Under the pieces are notes generated by a model. That model was not told the origin of the DNA. It worked only from the letters and a program-made list of their open reading frames with translations, and did not search any database. Below are positions 34,571 through 47,314 of a stretch of 64,000 bases of DNA, piece after piece (the first letter of the stretch is position 1; each line of letters starts with the position of its first letter). Source of the stretch: the human T2T-CHM13v2.0 reference genome, Homo sapiens; NCBI RefSeq assembly GCF_009914755.1, contig NC_060926.1. The stretch is one strand, 5' to 3'. The translations under genes and the position numbers were made by a program.

Positions 34571-35770
34571 GAGATTGTTCTTGAAATAGTGTTCTATTTT
34601 TTAAAAAATTGTTTTCTTTTTATATCCCTGAAAACTTATTCTGTCAAAATTTATATTTAGCCTATTAATTTTCAGTCCACTGATAATGTTCTTCACTCTG
34701 CCAACACACATGTGTGTGCACATACTCACACACTTGAAAAATTTTCTTCTTCCCTGTTTGAGGAAACTCTGGAAGGAATCAAGAGAAACCAGTAACATCT
34801 TGGGGAGGAGGAGTGCCTGTGTTATGGGGTGTGGGTAATAGGGGGCAGAGACTGGGGGGAACTGATGACCATATAGTTTTTAATATTACCAAAAAATTAA
34901 ACCATTTGAATATATTACCTATATAAAGCATTAAAATAAGGGGGTCCATGATTATTGCCTTAAGTAATATGTGTTCATTGTGGAGTAAGCGGATAATATA
35001 GGAAAGCACAAGGAAGAAAAAAAATCACTCGCAATTTCAACCAGCCGAGAGATAACATCTCTGTTACATTATTATTACAGATTATCTCTGTGAATGAAAA
35101 TATGTATTTAATAGAAAATTGTATATCTTGACAAAACAATTTATAATGTCTAATAACCTGCCTTTTAAAATTTAACAATGTAAGTAATTTTTCAAATTCT
35201 TAAGTATTTGCTTTCATTATTTTTCGTGGATATATAGTGCTCTATTATATTAAAATGCTTTAACCAGTTCACTCTTGTTAGATACATAGGCTGTCCTAAT
35301 TTTCTTTGATGAAATTTCTTGTAGGTAAATCTACACACATCCATAATGATTTCTAGGTGTAGAATTGCTGGGTTGAAGGCACATAGTTATTTTTGAGACA
35401 TTATCTACTGTCTAGTCAGATTGCTTCCTGGAAGGGTTGTGCTCATTTGCACTCACTATGGTGGATGAGAGGCTACATGAAATAGTGCCCAGGTGACCAG
35501 CCATGGAATATAGGACAACTCCCAGTTCCATGGTTTTGGGGAGAAAATCTGGGGCATGAAAACTAGTTTTTTCTCTTACTCAGTATGTGATTTGCATCAG
35601 GCTGTAGTAGGTATTTGTGTCAGTTAAGTCTGGAATATTTGGATATTGGATTTCTGGGCTGGACAGTGATGGATGAACTGTTTACTGCTGTAGGTTGAAG
35701 AATTTTCTACTGAAAGAAAATTGAATTGTTTTTTGCTACTGGCAGGCCTAGTGTTCTGTTAATGGAAGGA

Positions 35771-35810
35771 TGCAGACCGGAGCTGTTCCTATTCGGCCAT
35801 CTTGCCAGCC
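35771..35810 (-). repeat. Isolated 40-bp L1 5'-terminal fragment (contains the YY1 site), inverted copy of 36737-36776
   Basis: tgcagaccggagctgttcctattcggccatcttgccagcc is the exact reverse complement of 36737-36776. Confidence 0.95.
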
Positions 35811-36736
35811 TAGATTGAAAGATTAAAGATTGCTAGATTGAAATAGGCTTAAAAGTAGATGTCCAACTGAATTTATTAAAAGATGAGAGATGGCACAGTA
35901 GCCCGCGCACTTGAAATCTCAAGAAAATATTGCATAGCATTTAAAAAATATTTGCTGAACATTTTATTTAAACATGGAAAGGTATTTTGCTGCCACACTG
36001 ATAGTTCAGTGAATTGCACTTTTGGATCTTGGAGAATGGAGAGAAGCAGCTAGGCAAATAATTGGCAAGAAAAGTAAACAGTTACAGTGCAGCTTTGTTT
36101 ACCCACTCTGCCTATCTGCGTTTCTGAAATTGGATTCCTTGGCTCTGTGAACTAGTTAGCCTTCCTTTAGAGTGCTTGGAATTGAAAGCATGCCAGAGAG
36201 AACACAGTCACGTATATCTTAGTTGGATGTGTGTGTCCTGTCACTGTTAGGACTTGGTGGCATAAAGGAATTAATAATGAGAAGTGAGCTGGGAATGGTT
36301 TATCAGTGGAAATATCTGGAATAGGTTTTTAGGTCTATTTGTGTCATGGACATTTCGAAGTCTCATAGTCACAATGTTAACATTTTTTATTTGTGGAACA
36401 AAGACTTCTTTATTTAATAGATAGAACCTTGATTATGAGAAAGATCTAATTTTACTCTGAAGGTTCTTTTAAAGAGTACTACCTCTGAGGAGCATCTGTT
36501 TTGTAAAATTTGGGGGACATTGTTTCACCTAATTTTTGGTTATAATCTGCTAATAAATTTTACATTTTATTATAAGAATGAATCAGGCACTGGAATATGG
36601 GGATACTTTTTTCTCTAATTTTAACAGTTTTGCAAGAGTCATTTATTTGGGAAAAGTGAGGGAAATAAGGGCAAAATTTAGAATGTCATCCTTGTTACTG
36701 AGGGAGCAGAGGAAGTGTTTTAAGAAGTCACATGAT

Positions 36737-39700
36737 GGCTGGCAAGATGGCCGAATAGGAACAGCTCCGGTCTGCAGCTGCCAGTGAGATCAACGTGGAA
36801 GGCGGGTGATTTCTGCATTTCCAACTGAGGTACCCAGCTCATCTCATTGGGGCTGGTTAGACAATGGGTGCAGCTCATGGAGGGCAAGCCGAAGCAGAGT
36901 AAGGCATCGCCTCATCCGGGAAGCACAAGGGGTCGGGGAACTCCCTCCCCTAGCCAAGAGAAGCCATGAGGGACTGTGCTGTGAGGAACGGTGCATTCCG
37001 GCCCAGATACTACGCTTTTCCCATGGTCTTCGCCACCTGCAGACCAGGAGATTCCCTCGGGTGCCTACGCCACAAGGGCCCTGGGTTTCAAGCACAAAAC
37101 TGGGTGGCCGTTTGGGCAGGCAATGAGCTGGCTGCAGGAAGCCCAGGGGGCCAAGTGGTCTAGCTCAGTGGATCTCACTCCCATGGAGCCCAGCAAGCTA
37201 AGATCCACTAGCTTGAAATTCTTGCTGCCAGCACAGCAGTCTGAAGCCGACCTGGGACGCTCAGGCTTGGTGAGGGGAGGGGCGTCCGCCGTTATTGAGG
37301 CTTGAGTAGGCGGTTTTCCCCTCACAGTATAAACAAAGCCGCCAGGAAGTTCGGACTGGGCAGAGCCCATGTCATAATGACAGGATCAAATTCACACATA
37401 TAATATTAACCTTAAATGTAAACGGGCTAAATGTCCCAATTAAAAGACACAGACTGGCAAGTTGGATAAAAAGTCAAGACACCTCGGTGTGCTGTATTTA
37501 GGAGACCCATCTCACGGACAAAGACACACGCAGGCTCAAAATAAAGGGAGGGAGGAATATTTACCAAGCAATTGGAACGTTAAAAAAAAAGCAGGGGTTG
37601 GCCAGGCACAGTGGCTCACACTTGTAATCCCAGCACATTGGGAGGCCAAGGCGGGTGGTTCACCGGAGGCTGGGAGTTCGAGACCAGCCTGACCAACATG
37701 GAGTAACCCTGTCTCTACTAAAAATTCAAAAATTAGCCGGGTGAGGTTGCGCATGCCTGTAATCCCAGCTACTTGGGAGGCTGAGGCAAGAAAATCTCTT
37801 GAATCCAGGATGCAGAGACTGAGGTGAGCCAAGATCATGCCATTGCACTCCAGCCTGGGCAACAAGAGTGAAACTCTGTCTCAAAAAAAAAAAAAAAAAA
37901 GCAGGGGTTGCAATCCTAGGCTCTGATAAAACAGACTTTAAACCAACAAAGATCAAAAAAGACAAAGAAGGGCATGGTAAAGGGATCAACGCAACAAGAA
38001 GAGCTAACCTAAATATATATGCACCCAAAATAGGAGCACCCAGATTCATAAAGCAAGTTCTTAGAGACCTACAAAGAGACTTAGACTCCCACACATTAAT
38101 AGTGGGAGACTTTAACACCCCACTGTCAATATTAGAAAGATCAATGAGACAGAAAATTGACAAGGATATTTAGGACTTGAACTCAGCTCTGGACCAAGCA
38201 GACCTAATAGACATCTACAGAACTCTCCACCCCAGATCAGCAGAATATACATTCTTCTCATCACTACATCACACTTTAAAATTGACCACATAATTGGAAG
38301 TAAAACACTCCTCAGCAAATGTGAAAGAACAGAAGTCATAACAAACAGTCTCTCAGACCACAGTGCAATCAAATTAGAGCTCAGGATTAAAAAACTCACT
38401 CAGAATAGCACAACTACATGGGAACTGAACAACCTGGTCCTGAATGACTACTGGGTAAATAATGAAATTAAGGCAGAAATCAGTAAGTTCTTTGAAACCA
38501 ATGAGATCAAAGACACAATATACCAGAATCTCTGGGACACAGCTAAGCAGTGTTTAGAGGGAAATTTATAGCACTAAATGCCCACAGGAGAAAGCAGGAA
38601 AGATCTAAAATCGACACCCTAACGTCACGATTAAAAGAACTAGAGAAGCAAGAGCAATCAAATTCAAAAGCTAGCAGAAGAAATAACTAACAACAGAGCA
38701 GAACTGAAGGAGATAGAAACATGAAAAACCCTTCAAAAAATCAATGAATCCAGGAGCTGATTTTTTGTAAAGAGCTCCTGAAGGAAGCTCTATTTTAACA
38801 AAATAGATAGACCACTAGCCAGGCTAATAAAGAAGAAAATAGAGAATAATCAAATAGACAATAAAAAATGATAAATTGGAAATCACCACTGATCCCACAG
38901 AAATACAAACTACCATCAGAAAATATTGTAAACACCTCTACACAAATAAACTAGAAAATTTAGAAGAAATGGATAAATTCCTGGACACATATACCCTCCC
39001 AAGACTAAACCAGGAAGAAGTCAAATCCTTGAATAGACCAACAACAAGTTCTGAAATTGAGGCAGTCATTAATAGCCTACCAATGAAAAAAAGCCCAGGA
39101 CCAGACAGATTCACAGCCGAATTCTACCAGAGGTACAAAGAGGAGCTGGTACCATTCCTTCTGAAACTATTACAAACAATAGGAAAAGAGGGACGCCTCC
39201 CTAACTCATTTTATGAGGCCAGCATCATCCTGTTACCAAAACCTGGCAGAGACACAACAACAACAACAAAAGAAAATTTCAGGCCACTGTCCCTGATGAA
39301 CATCAATGCGAAAATCCTCAATAAAATACCAGCAAACTGAATCCAGCGGCACATCAGAAAGCTCATCCACCACAATCAAATCAGCTTCATCCCTGGATTG
39401 CAAGGCTGGTTCAACATACGCAAATCAATAAACGTAATCCATCAGCTAAACAGAACCAATGACAAAAACCACATGATTATCTCAATAGATGCAGAAAAGG
39501 CCTTTGATAAAATTCAACAGCCCTTCATGTTAAAAACTCTCAATAAACTAGGTATTGATAGAAAACATCTCAAAATAATAAGAGCTATTTATGACAAACC
39601 CACAGCCAATATCATACTGAATGGGCAAAAGCTGGAAGCATTCCCTTTGAATACTGGCACAAAACAAGGATGCCGTCTCTCACCACTCCTATTCAGCATA

Positions 39701-41676
39701 GTATTGGAAGTTCTGGCCAGCGCAATCAGGCAAGAGAAAGAAATAAAGCATATTCATATGGGAAGAGAGGAAGTCAGATTGCCTCTGTTTGCAGATGACA
39801 TGATTGTATATTTAGAAAACCCCATCATCTCAGCCCAAAATCTCCTTAAGCTGATAAGTAACTTCAGCAAAGTCTCAGGATACAAAGTCAATGTGCAAAA
39901 ATCACAAGCATTCCTATACACCAATAACAGAGAGCCAAATCATGAGTGAACTCCCATTCACAATTGCTACAAAGAGCATAAAATACCTGGGAATACAACT
40001 CACAAGGGATGTGGAGGACCTCTTGAAGGAGAACTACAAACCACAGCTCAAGGAAGTAAGAGAGGACACAAACAAATGGAAAAACATTTCATGCTCATGG
40101 ATAGGAAGAATCAATATCATGAAAATGGCCATACTGCTCAAAGTAATTTATAGATTCAGTGGTATCCCCATCAAGCTACCTGAAAAAGAGCCCGTATAGC
40201 CAAGACATTCCTAAGCAAAAAGAACGAAGCCGGAGGCATCACGCTACCTGACTTCAAACTATACTACAAGGCTACAGTAACCAAAACAACATGGTGCTGC
40301 TACTGAAACAGATATATAGACCTATGGAACAGAACAGAGGCGTCAGAATTAACAACACACATCCACAACCATCTTATCTTTGATAAGCCTGACAAAAACA
40401 AGCAATAGGGAAAGGATTCCCTATTTAATAAATGGTGTTGGGAAAACTGGCTAGCCATATGCAGAAAACTGAACCTGGACCCTTCCTTACACCTTATACA
40501 GAAATTAACTCAAGATGGATTAAAGACTTAAACGTGTAAAACCTAAAACCATAAAAACCCTAGAAGAAAACCTAGGCAGTACCATGCAGGACATAGGCAT
40601 GGGCAAAAACTTCAAACTAAAACACCAAAAGCAGTGGCCACAAAAGCCAGAATTGACAAATGGGATCTAATTAAACTAAAGAGCTTCTGCACAGTAAAAG
40701 AAACTATCATCAGAGCGAACAGGCAATGTACAAAATGTACAATGTACAGAAAATTTTTGCAATGTATCCATCTGGCAAAGAGCTAATATCCAGAATGTAT
40801 AAGAAACTTAAACAAATTTTCCAGAAAAAAACAACCCCATCAAAAAGTGGGTGAAGGATATGAACAGACACTTCTCAAAAGCAGACATTTATATGGCCAG
40901 CAAACACATGAAAAAAAGCGCATCATCACTGGTTATTAGAGAAATGCAAATCAAAACCACAATGAGATACCATCTCACACCAGTTAGAATGGCCATTATT
41001 AAAAAGTCAGGAAACAACAGGTGCTGGAGAGGATGTGGAGAAATAGGAATGCTTTTTTTGGTGGGGGTGTAAATTGGTTCAACCATTGTGGAAGACAGTG
41101 TGGTGATTTCCTCAAAGATCTAGAACCAGAAATATCATTTGACCCAGCAATCCCATTACTGCGTATATACCCAAAGGATTATAAGTCATTCTACTATAAA
41201 GACACATGCACACATATGTTTATTGCAGCACTGTTCACAATAGCAAAGACTTGGAACCAACCCAAATGCCCATCAATGATAGACTGGATAAGGAAAATGT
41301 AGCACATATACACCATGGAATACTATGCAGCCATAAAATAGGATGAGTTCATGTCCTTTGCAGGGACATAGATGAAGCTGGAAACCATCATTCTTAGCAA
41401 ACTAACACAGGAACAGAAAACCAAACACTGCATGTTCTTCCTCATAAGTGGGAGTTGAACAATGGTAACACATGGACACAGGGAGGGGAACATCACATAC
41501 TGGCGCCTGTTGGGAGGGTGAGGGACTAGGGGAGGGATACCATTAGGAGAAATATCTAATGTAGATGATGTGTTGATGGGTGCAGCAAACCACCATGGCA
41601 TGTGTATACTTACGTAACAAACCTGCACGTTCTGCACATGTATCCCAGAACTTAAAGTATTTAAAAAAAAAAAAAA
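36737..41676 (+). mobile_element. L1PA7/8-like element 'L1-B' with 5' end and 3' tail but ORF1 deleted; Alu inserted at 37600-37900
   Basis: ggctggcaagatggccgaatagg 5' end; UTR joins directly to atgacaggatcaaat (ORF2 start, ~37377); [10 protein letters not shown]; TSD aa(g/a)aagtca; Alu TSD aaaaaaaaagcaggggtt. Confidence 0.95.
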
Positions 41677-41911
41677 GTCATCTGTCAGGTTTTAGGTCGT
41701 TTTTGTTCACGTGTGTCATAAGCTTGCTATGGTGGATATTGGCTAGATACTCTTCCTTCTCACCTCTTTTCTCATTCACTTGGGTTTTTCTCTTGTGAAG
41801 TATTTCCTTGCGGTTATCAGTGTAGGCACAATGAAAAGTAACTTTTAGTAATTCATTCAAATTTTAAAGTTCTGTCATCTGCTTAACTAAATTTTTGTTT
41901 TTGTTTTTCAG

Positions 41912-41954
41912 CATTGGTTGGATGGTACAAAAAGCATCAAAAAGCAAGTAAAAA
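41912..41954 (+). CDS. EPB41L5: EPB41L5 exon (~4): HWLDGTKSIKKQVK
   Basis: ttttcag|cat...aaaa|gtaagt; 43 nt, phase 0-1; FERM WLD motif. Confidence 0.96.
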
Positions 41955-42833
41955 GTAAGTGCAGACAAAATTGTTTGTGGGGGGGAAAGGAAATAGAATA
42001 TATTAGAAATTCTGATTTCTAATAGGATGTAAGAAATCATGTTTCAGATGAGTTTTTTAGCATTTCCATTTTCTAGAAATTATTTTATTCTGATACACTG
42101 AGCTACTCCCCAAGTCATGTAGGCTTGATACTAATCTAGATTAAACTGCATTGGGGCTTAACTTCCCAGGAGAAAACCTTGCAGCTTGCAAATGGGATTG
42201 ACTTTCCCCGAAATGCTTAATGGTTATTTTTTAATTAGTTGTGTTGGAATTTTCCTGTTTGGCATCTGCCCTAATATTGAAAGTATTTTGAGACTTTGTG
42301 ATATTTTAAAATTAAGAAAAATGAAACAATTCACATAAAATGTTAGTGTCATTCAGAGAGAGAATACCATTGTTTATTCATTATCCAACTTGACTTTTTA
42401 TCAGACTTATTAGGGCACCTCAACTCTTGTCTCAAAATAATGAGACCACTGAGATTATAGAAGTTAGTGAACTTGCTGAATTGTATTTGTGTGGGAAGAT
42501 TCACCATGAGCAGTTAATAACATAGGCATTCTTCAGTGTAGCAGGTTTTCAGGGCTGTTAGGTTGCACAGTCAAGACTTTTATTTGATGCATTTGGCTCT
42601 GAACTGTTAGAATTAATCTATAGCTGTCTATTCTTGGGATGAGAGTTAATAGTAATATGATGGCTTGGTACATTAAAAAACAATCTAATTGAAGCCTATG
42701 ATCTAACCTGCAATAATGCCATAAAAACCTCATCTTTTGTCTCACTTCAGTAGATTTTTGACCAGTTTTCTGGCTGAAAAGTATTATTTAAGTAGTTTAT
42801 TTTATTAAAACCTTTTTTTTTTTTAAATGACAG

Positions 42834-42912
42834 TTGGTTCACCCTATTGTCTGCATCTTCGAGTTAAGTTTTATTCCTCAGAACCAAATAACCTTCGTGA
42901 GGAGCTAACCCG
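42834..42912 (+). CDS. EPB41L5: EPB41L5 exon (~5): (I)GSPYCLHLRVKFYSSEPNNLREELT(R)
   Basis: gacag|tt...cg|gtaaga; 79 nt, phase 1-2; RVKFY motif. Confidence 0.96.
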
Positions 42913-43582
42913 GTAAGAACACCATCTAGAATTGTGCCAGGGTTATTTTGATAGTTTTGAAAGACTGTCTTTATATTGTTTCCAATTTATAGCCAGCTAA
43001 TAAAATGGATTCCTGTCCCCTGGTAACAAGACCTCAAATAATAGAATTTTATTCTGGGACGTGTTTTTTAAGTGTATGATTCTTTTCCTTTAGCATTTTC
43101 AAAATAAAGAGTTGGTTTCTTAGCATCCTCCAAAGGTGACTAGTGAGTTCTTTTTTTTAAGTATCACTCTCAACTCAGGAATGTTAACAGGATTCACATG
43201 TTTCAATACATTGCAATATTATATTTATTGATGTTGAAAATAATCTATCTTTGGCCACAGGGAGTTTATTCAAATTGGCGCCCAACTTTCTTTACTCATT
43301 GAAATGCCATTGATTAATGAAAAACATTAGATTCTGATTGGTTTGAATAGTTTTGAATAAACCTTATGTTGTATATACTTATTTTAATGTTATCCTGCCT
43401 CCTTTGTATTTATTCATGGTCTCTATTATAAATTCATTGCTCCATATACACATACTATTTATTAAATGAAAAAGTTGAGCTTTTGAGTTCCTTTAGAAGG
43501 GTTTCCTTTAGAACACCTTGACAATGAGATAGTAGCTATCATCTGTAGTTATATCCATGTCTGTATCCCTTCACATAAGAAG

Positions 43583-44120
43583 TAGATGTCTCGCTCTGTC
43601 ATCTAGGCTGGAGTGCAATGGCATGTTCTCAGTTCACCGCAACCTCTGTTCCCCCAGGTTCAAGCAGTTCTCATGCCTCAGCCTCCCAAATAGCTGGGAT
43701 TACAGGCACGTGCTCACACCCCCAGCCAATTTTCGTATTTTAATAGAGACGGGGTTTCGCCATGTTGGCCAGGCTGGTCTTGAACTCCTGGCCTCAAGTG
43801 ATCCACCCGCCTCGCCCTCCCAAAGTGCTAGGATTATAGGTGTGAGCCACTGCACCAGGCCTTTAATTAAGAATACTTCTAAGATCTAGTGTTAGATCAG
43901 TAGGGTGATTATAGTTTACAATTACGTATTTTACATTTCAGAATAGCTAGAAGAAAATAATTCAAATATTTCTAGCATAAAGAAGAGAAAAATATTTAAG
44001 GTGATGGATACCCCACATATACTGACTTGATCCTTACAAATTATATGAATGTATTCAATTATTTCATGTATCCCCAAACTATGCACATCTTTTATACATT
44101 AATACAAGTAATTTTTAATG
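43583..44120. mobile_element. Alu (43583-43861 -) and L1MA-type 3' fragment (~43885-44120 +)
   Basis: Reverse Alu; atatttaaggtgatggatacccc L1MA 3' UTR motif. Confidence 0.75.
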
Positions 44121-44209
44121 AAATAATACTTCTCAAGTTAGAAGTGTAAGATTTTTTTTCACAGTCGATTGTGCTGTTGGGTTAAATTTGTGCCTTTCAT
44201 TTTTCTTAG

Positions 44210-44254
44210 GTATTTATTTGTTCTTCAGTTAAAACAAGATATTCTCAGTGGAAA
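44210..44254 (+). CDS. EPB41L5: EPB41L5 exon (~6): YLFVLQLKQDILSG(K)
   Basis: cttag|g...aa|gtgagt; 45 nt, phase 2-2. Confidence 0.96.
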
Positions 44255-44434
44255 GTGAGTATTAGTTATTTAAGGATAAATGCACATTTTCGTGAGTGGT
44301 TGAAAAATTATTTTGAAAATAAGTTTATAGTTGTAAAAAAGAAATGGTCAACATAAAACATGTATTATTTTCATTTGTCTTAAAATGAAGGTTATGAAAT
44401 CAACTTGTCTAACAAACTTGTGTTTTGGTCTCAG

Positions 44435-44487
44435 ATTAGACTGTCCCTTTGATACAGCAGTGCAATTGGCAGCTTATAATCTGCAAG
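44435..44487 (+). CDS. EPB41L5: EPB41L5 exon (~7): LDCPFDTAVQLAAYNLQ
   Basis: ctcag|a...g|gtaagc; 53 nt, phase 2-1. Confidence 0.96.
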
Positions 44488-45044
44488 GTAAGCAATTCTT
44501 ATGTTGACTGTTAAGACTCAAGTATAATCTTTTTTGTGTGTGTTTTTAGTTAAAGAAGATTCTAATTATGTGCAAGAAAAGAAACAACACTGTTTTTGTA
44601 TAAACTTGTATCAGGGTCCAACTCTGACTTTTACTTGTTTTAGAACATTGCCTTCTTTTTCTTCTCTTTCATGTAATTGCGCCCTTTCCACCTAAAGTGT
44701 TGAAACGTCATACTCTACCTGATAAGTCTGTAAATGCTAATATTGGGCCTTCGGCTAACTTTTTCCTTAAAAGAAATGCAGTTATGTAGGAGTGAATTGT
44801 TGGTGAAGCCATATAGCTTAGCAGTCCTTTTGCTCCAAACCTACATTTTGTTCAGAAATAACCACAGATGAGTACATACATGTTTGTGCATTGTTCAGAT
44901 TTTTCCCTGCTGCTTTCTCCCCCCGATTTTTTTTAGTTCCTTTCAGTTATTTCTTTAGGATTAATAATTTTAAAATTTTGGAAGACAGGGACTATATTTA
45001 GATTGGTATATGGGGTCATATTCAGTGTATATCAGTATATTCTT

Positions 45045-45334
45045 TTGTTTTGTTTTTTTTTGAGACAGGGTCTCACTCTTGTCCCCAGGCTAGAGGGCAG
45101 TTGCATGATTGTAGCTCTCTGAAGCCTTGAACTACTGGGCTCAAACGATCTTCCTGCCTGAGTAGCTGGGTCTACAGGCCATTAGGCCTGGCTAATTTTT
45201 GTACTTTTTTTTTTTTTTTTTTTTTTTTTTTAGAGACGAGGTCTTGCTATGTTGCCTAGACTGGCCTGAAACCATCTTCCACCTCAGCCCTCCCAAAGTA
45301 CTGTGACTATAAGCATGAACCACCACACCCAGCC
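45045..45334 (-). mobile_element. AluJ with expanded poly-T linker
   Basis: Reverse Alu, diverged. Confidence 0.8.
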
Positions 45335-45705
45335 TTAGTAATATTCTTAATAGATGCCAGTTAATTGTCTTTTAACGATTGCTAAATTTTTTCATTTATT
45401 CACTATAAGGTCAGAGGTATTTCTTTATGGAAGTCTAGAAAGCAGTTTTCAAAGGTTAAGTAAGCACTGAAGTGTGAATACATTAAGAGAAAGATATGTA
45501 ATTAAAAATACACTACCAAAAATAAATATGAGATATATGTGTATGACTAATATGCCAGATTTACTTTTGGAGACTTGTCTGAGTATTATGAATTTTTGTA
45601 AGAAATTCCTAAGAATCTTTCTAATCTTAGCAGTTTTCATTAATGAAATGGTTTTTGAAGGATTTAGCAGGAAATACATATAACTTTTGAAACTTATGTT
45701 TATAG

Positions 45706-45826
45706 CTGAACTTGGTGACTATGATCTTGCTGAGCATAGTCCTGAACTTGTCTCAGAGTTCAGATTCGTGCCTATTCAGACTGAAGAGATGGAACTGGCT
45801 ATTTTTGAGAAATGGAAGGAATACAG
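45706..45826 (+). CDS. EPB41L5: EPB41L5 exon (~8): (A)[39 protein letters not shown](R)
   Basis: tatag|ct...ag|gtatct; 121 nt, phase 1-2; AELGDY FERM-M motif. Confidence 0.96.
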
Positions 45827-45963
45827 GTATCTGGCGTTTGACCATACTTTCTTTAAAATCACCACAACAGTTATTTCATATTCATTTTCTTCTGTTTCTA
45901 TCCTTGGTATAGAATTTATTTTATATTTATTGTTACTTTAAAAATCATTGTTTTAAATTTCAG

Positions 45964-46051
45964 AGGTCAAACACCAGCACAGGCTGAAACCAATTATCTG
46001 AATAAAGCCAAATGGCTAGAAATGTATGGGGTTGATATGCATGTGGTCAAG
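45964..46051 (+). CDS. EPB41L5: EPB41L5 exon (~9): [29 protein letters not shown]
   Basis: ttcag|a...aag|gtaagc; 88 nt, phase 2-0; MYGVD FERM signature. Confidence 0.97.
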
Positions 46052-46524
46052 GTAAGCATTGTGTTGTGATGCTTTTTTAAAAATTTATTCTTTGGAGGTT
46101 CGCAGTGACTGTGGAATTTTTCAGTATGAGGGAGGGCATGGAGTTTGCATAAGCTAGCACTGGGTACTTTGGATGTATGGTTAAAAAGTTTGAGATTAAA
46201 TACCAAATGACTAGAATCTCACAGAAAGGTTCATTATAAGAAAGAAGAGAAGCAACCAACATCCCTAACAAGGTACTTGGTCCTTTTAAGCTGTTATTTT
46301 ATTTTATTTTATTTTTTTGCTATAAAAAATTGTTTTAAGCTTTTGAGCCATTTGTTATCCTTTTTACTTCCTATTATATGACTTACACTGAGTAGGCTCT
46401 GTTAAAATAATTCAGGATGCAAAGTTGAAGATTTATAGCTTAAAGACTGATAAACTTTAGAACAGCTTTGTAGTGATTTAAGTTATTTCTAGTTTAACTA
46501 GTAACATTTTTCCAGAAAGGCGGT

Positions 46525-46892
46525 TGTATTAGTTCATTCTCGCACTGCTATAAAGACATAAATTTATAAAGAGGTTCAATTGGCTCATGGTTTTGCAGGC
46601 TGTACAGGCTTCTCCCTCTCAGGAGGCCTCAGGAAACTTATAATCATGGGGCAACGTGAAGGGCAAACAGGCACATCTGTACATGGCTGGCAGGAGGGAG
46701 AGAGAGCAAAGAGGGAGGTGCTACACACTTTCAGACAACCAGATCTTGTGAGAACTCATTCACTATCATGAGAACAGCAAGGGGGAAGTCCGTCTCCATG
46801 ATTCAGTCACCTCCCACCAGGCCCCTCCTCCAATACTGGGGATTACAATATGACACAAGATTTGGGTGTAGACATAGAGCCAAACCGTATCA
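46525..46892. mobile_element. ERVL-MaLR solo LTR (MST/THE1 family)
   Basis: tgtattagttcattctc...aaaccgtatca termini; 5-bp TSD gcggt/gcagt; ggaggcctcaggaaacttataatcatgg. Confidence 0.88.
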
Positions 46893-47225
46893 GCAGTCTT
46901 TTCCAAAATACATGATTTAAGTGGTAAGTATAATATGGGAAGAATGTGGAAACAGCTTTGTTTGTAGTGGGAGTGTAACTACCCACTTTCAATGAAGATA
47001 CACTTTAAAACTCTAGTGTTTCAATGACTAGAAATAAAAATATATGCATAAATTTTTCTGAGAATATTATTATGGATACTCTAATTGTTGAAAACATCTC
47101 ATATATTAATATTAGCCTGTATATAATTAATACAATTCAATACAAAAATAAAATTTAAAAGTTGTGTCAATGTGAAACCTGTTTTGTACAAATAAAGCTA
47201 ACACATTTTTCTCCCCTTAAATTAG

Positions 47226-47314
47226 GCTAGAGATGGGAATGACTATAGTTTGGGACTAACACCAACAGGAGTCCTTGTTTTTGAAGGAGATACCAAAATT
47301 GGCTTATTTTTTTG
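47226..47314 (+). CDS. EPB41L5: EPB41L5 exon (~10): [29 protein letters not shown](W)
   Basis: attag|gct...tg|gtaagc; 89 nt, phase 0-2. Confidence 0.96.
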
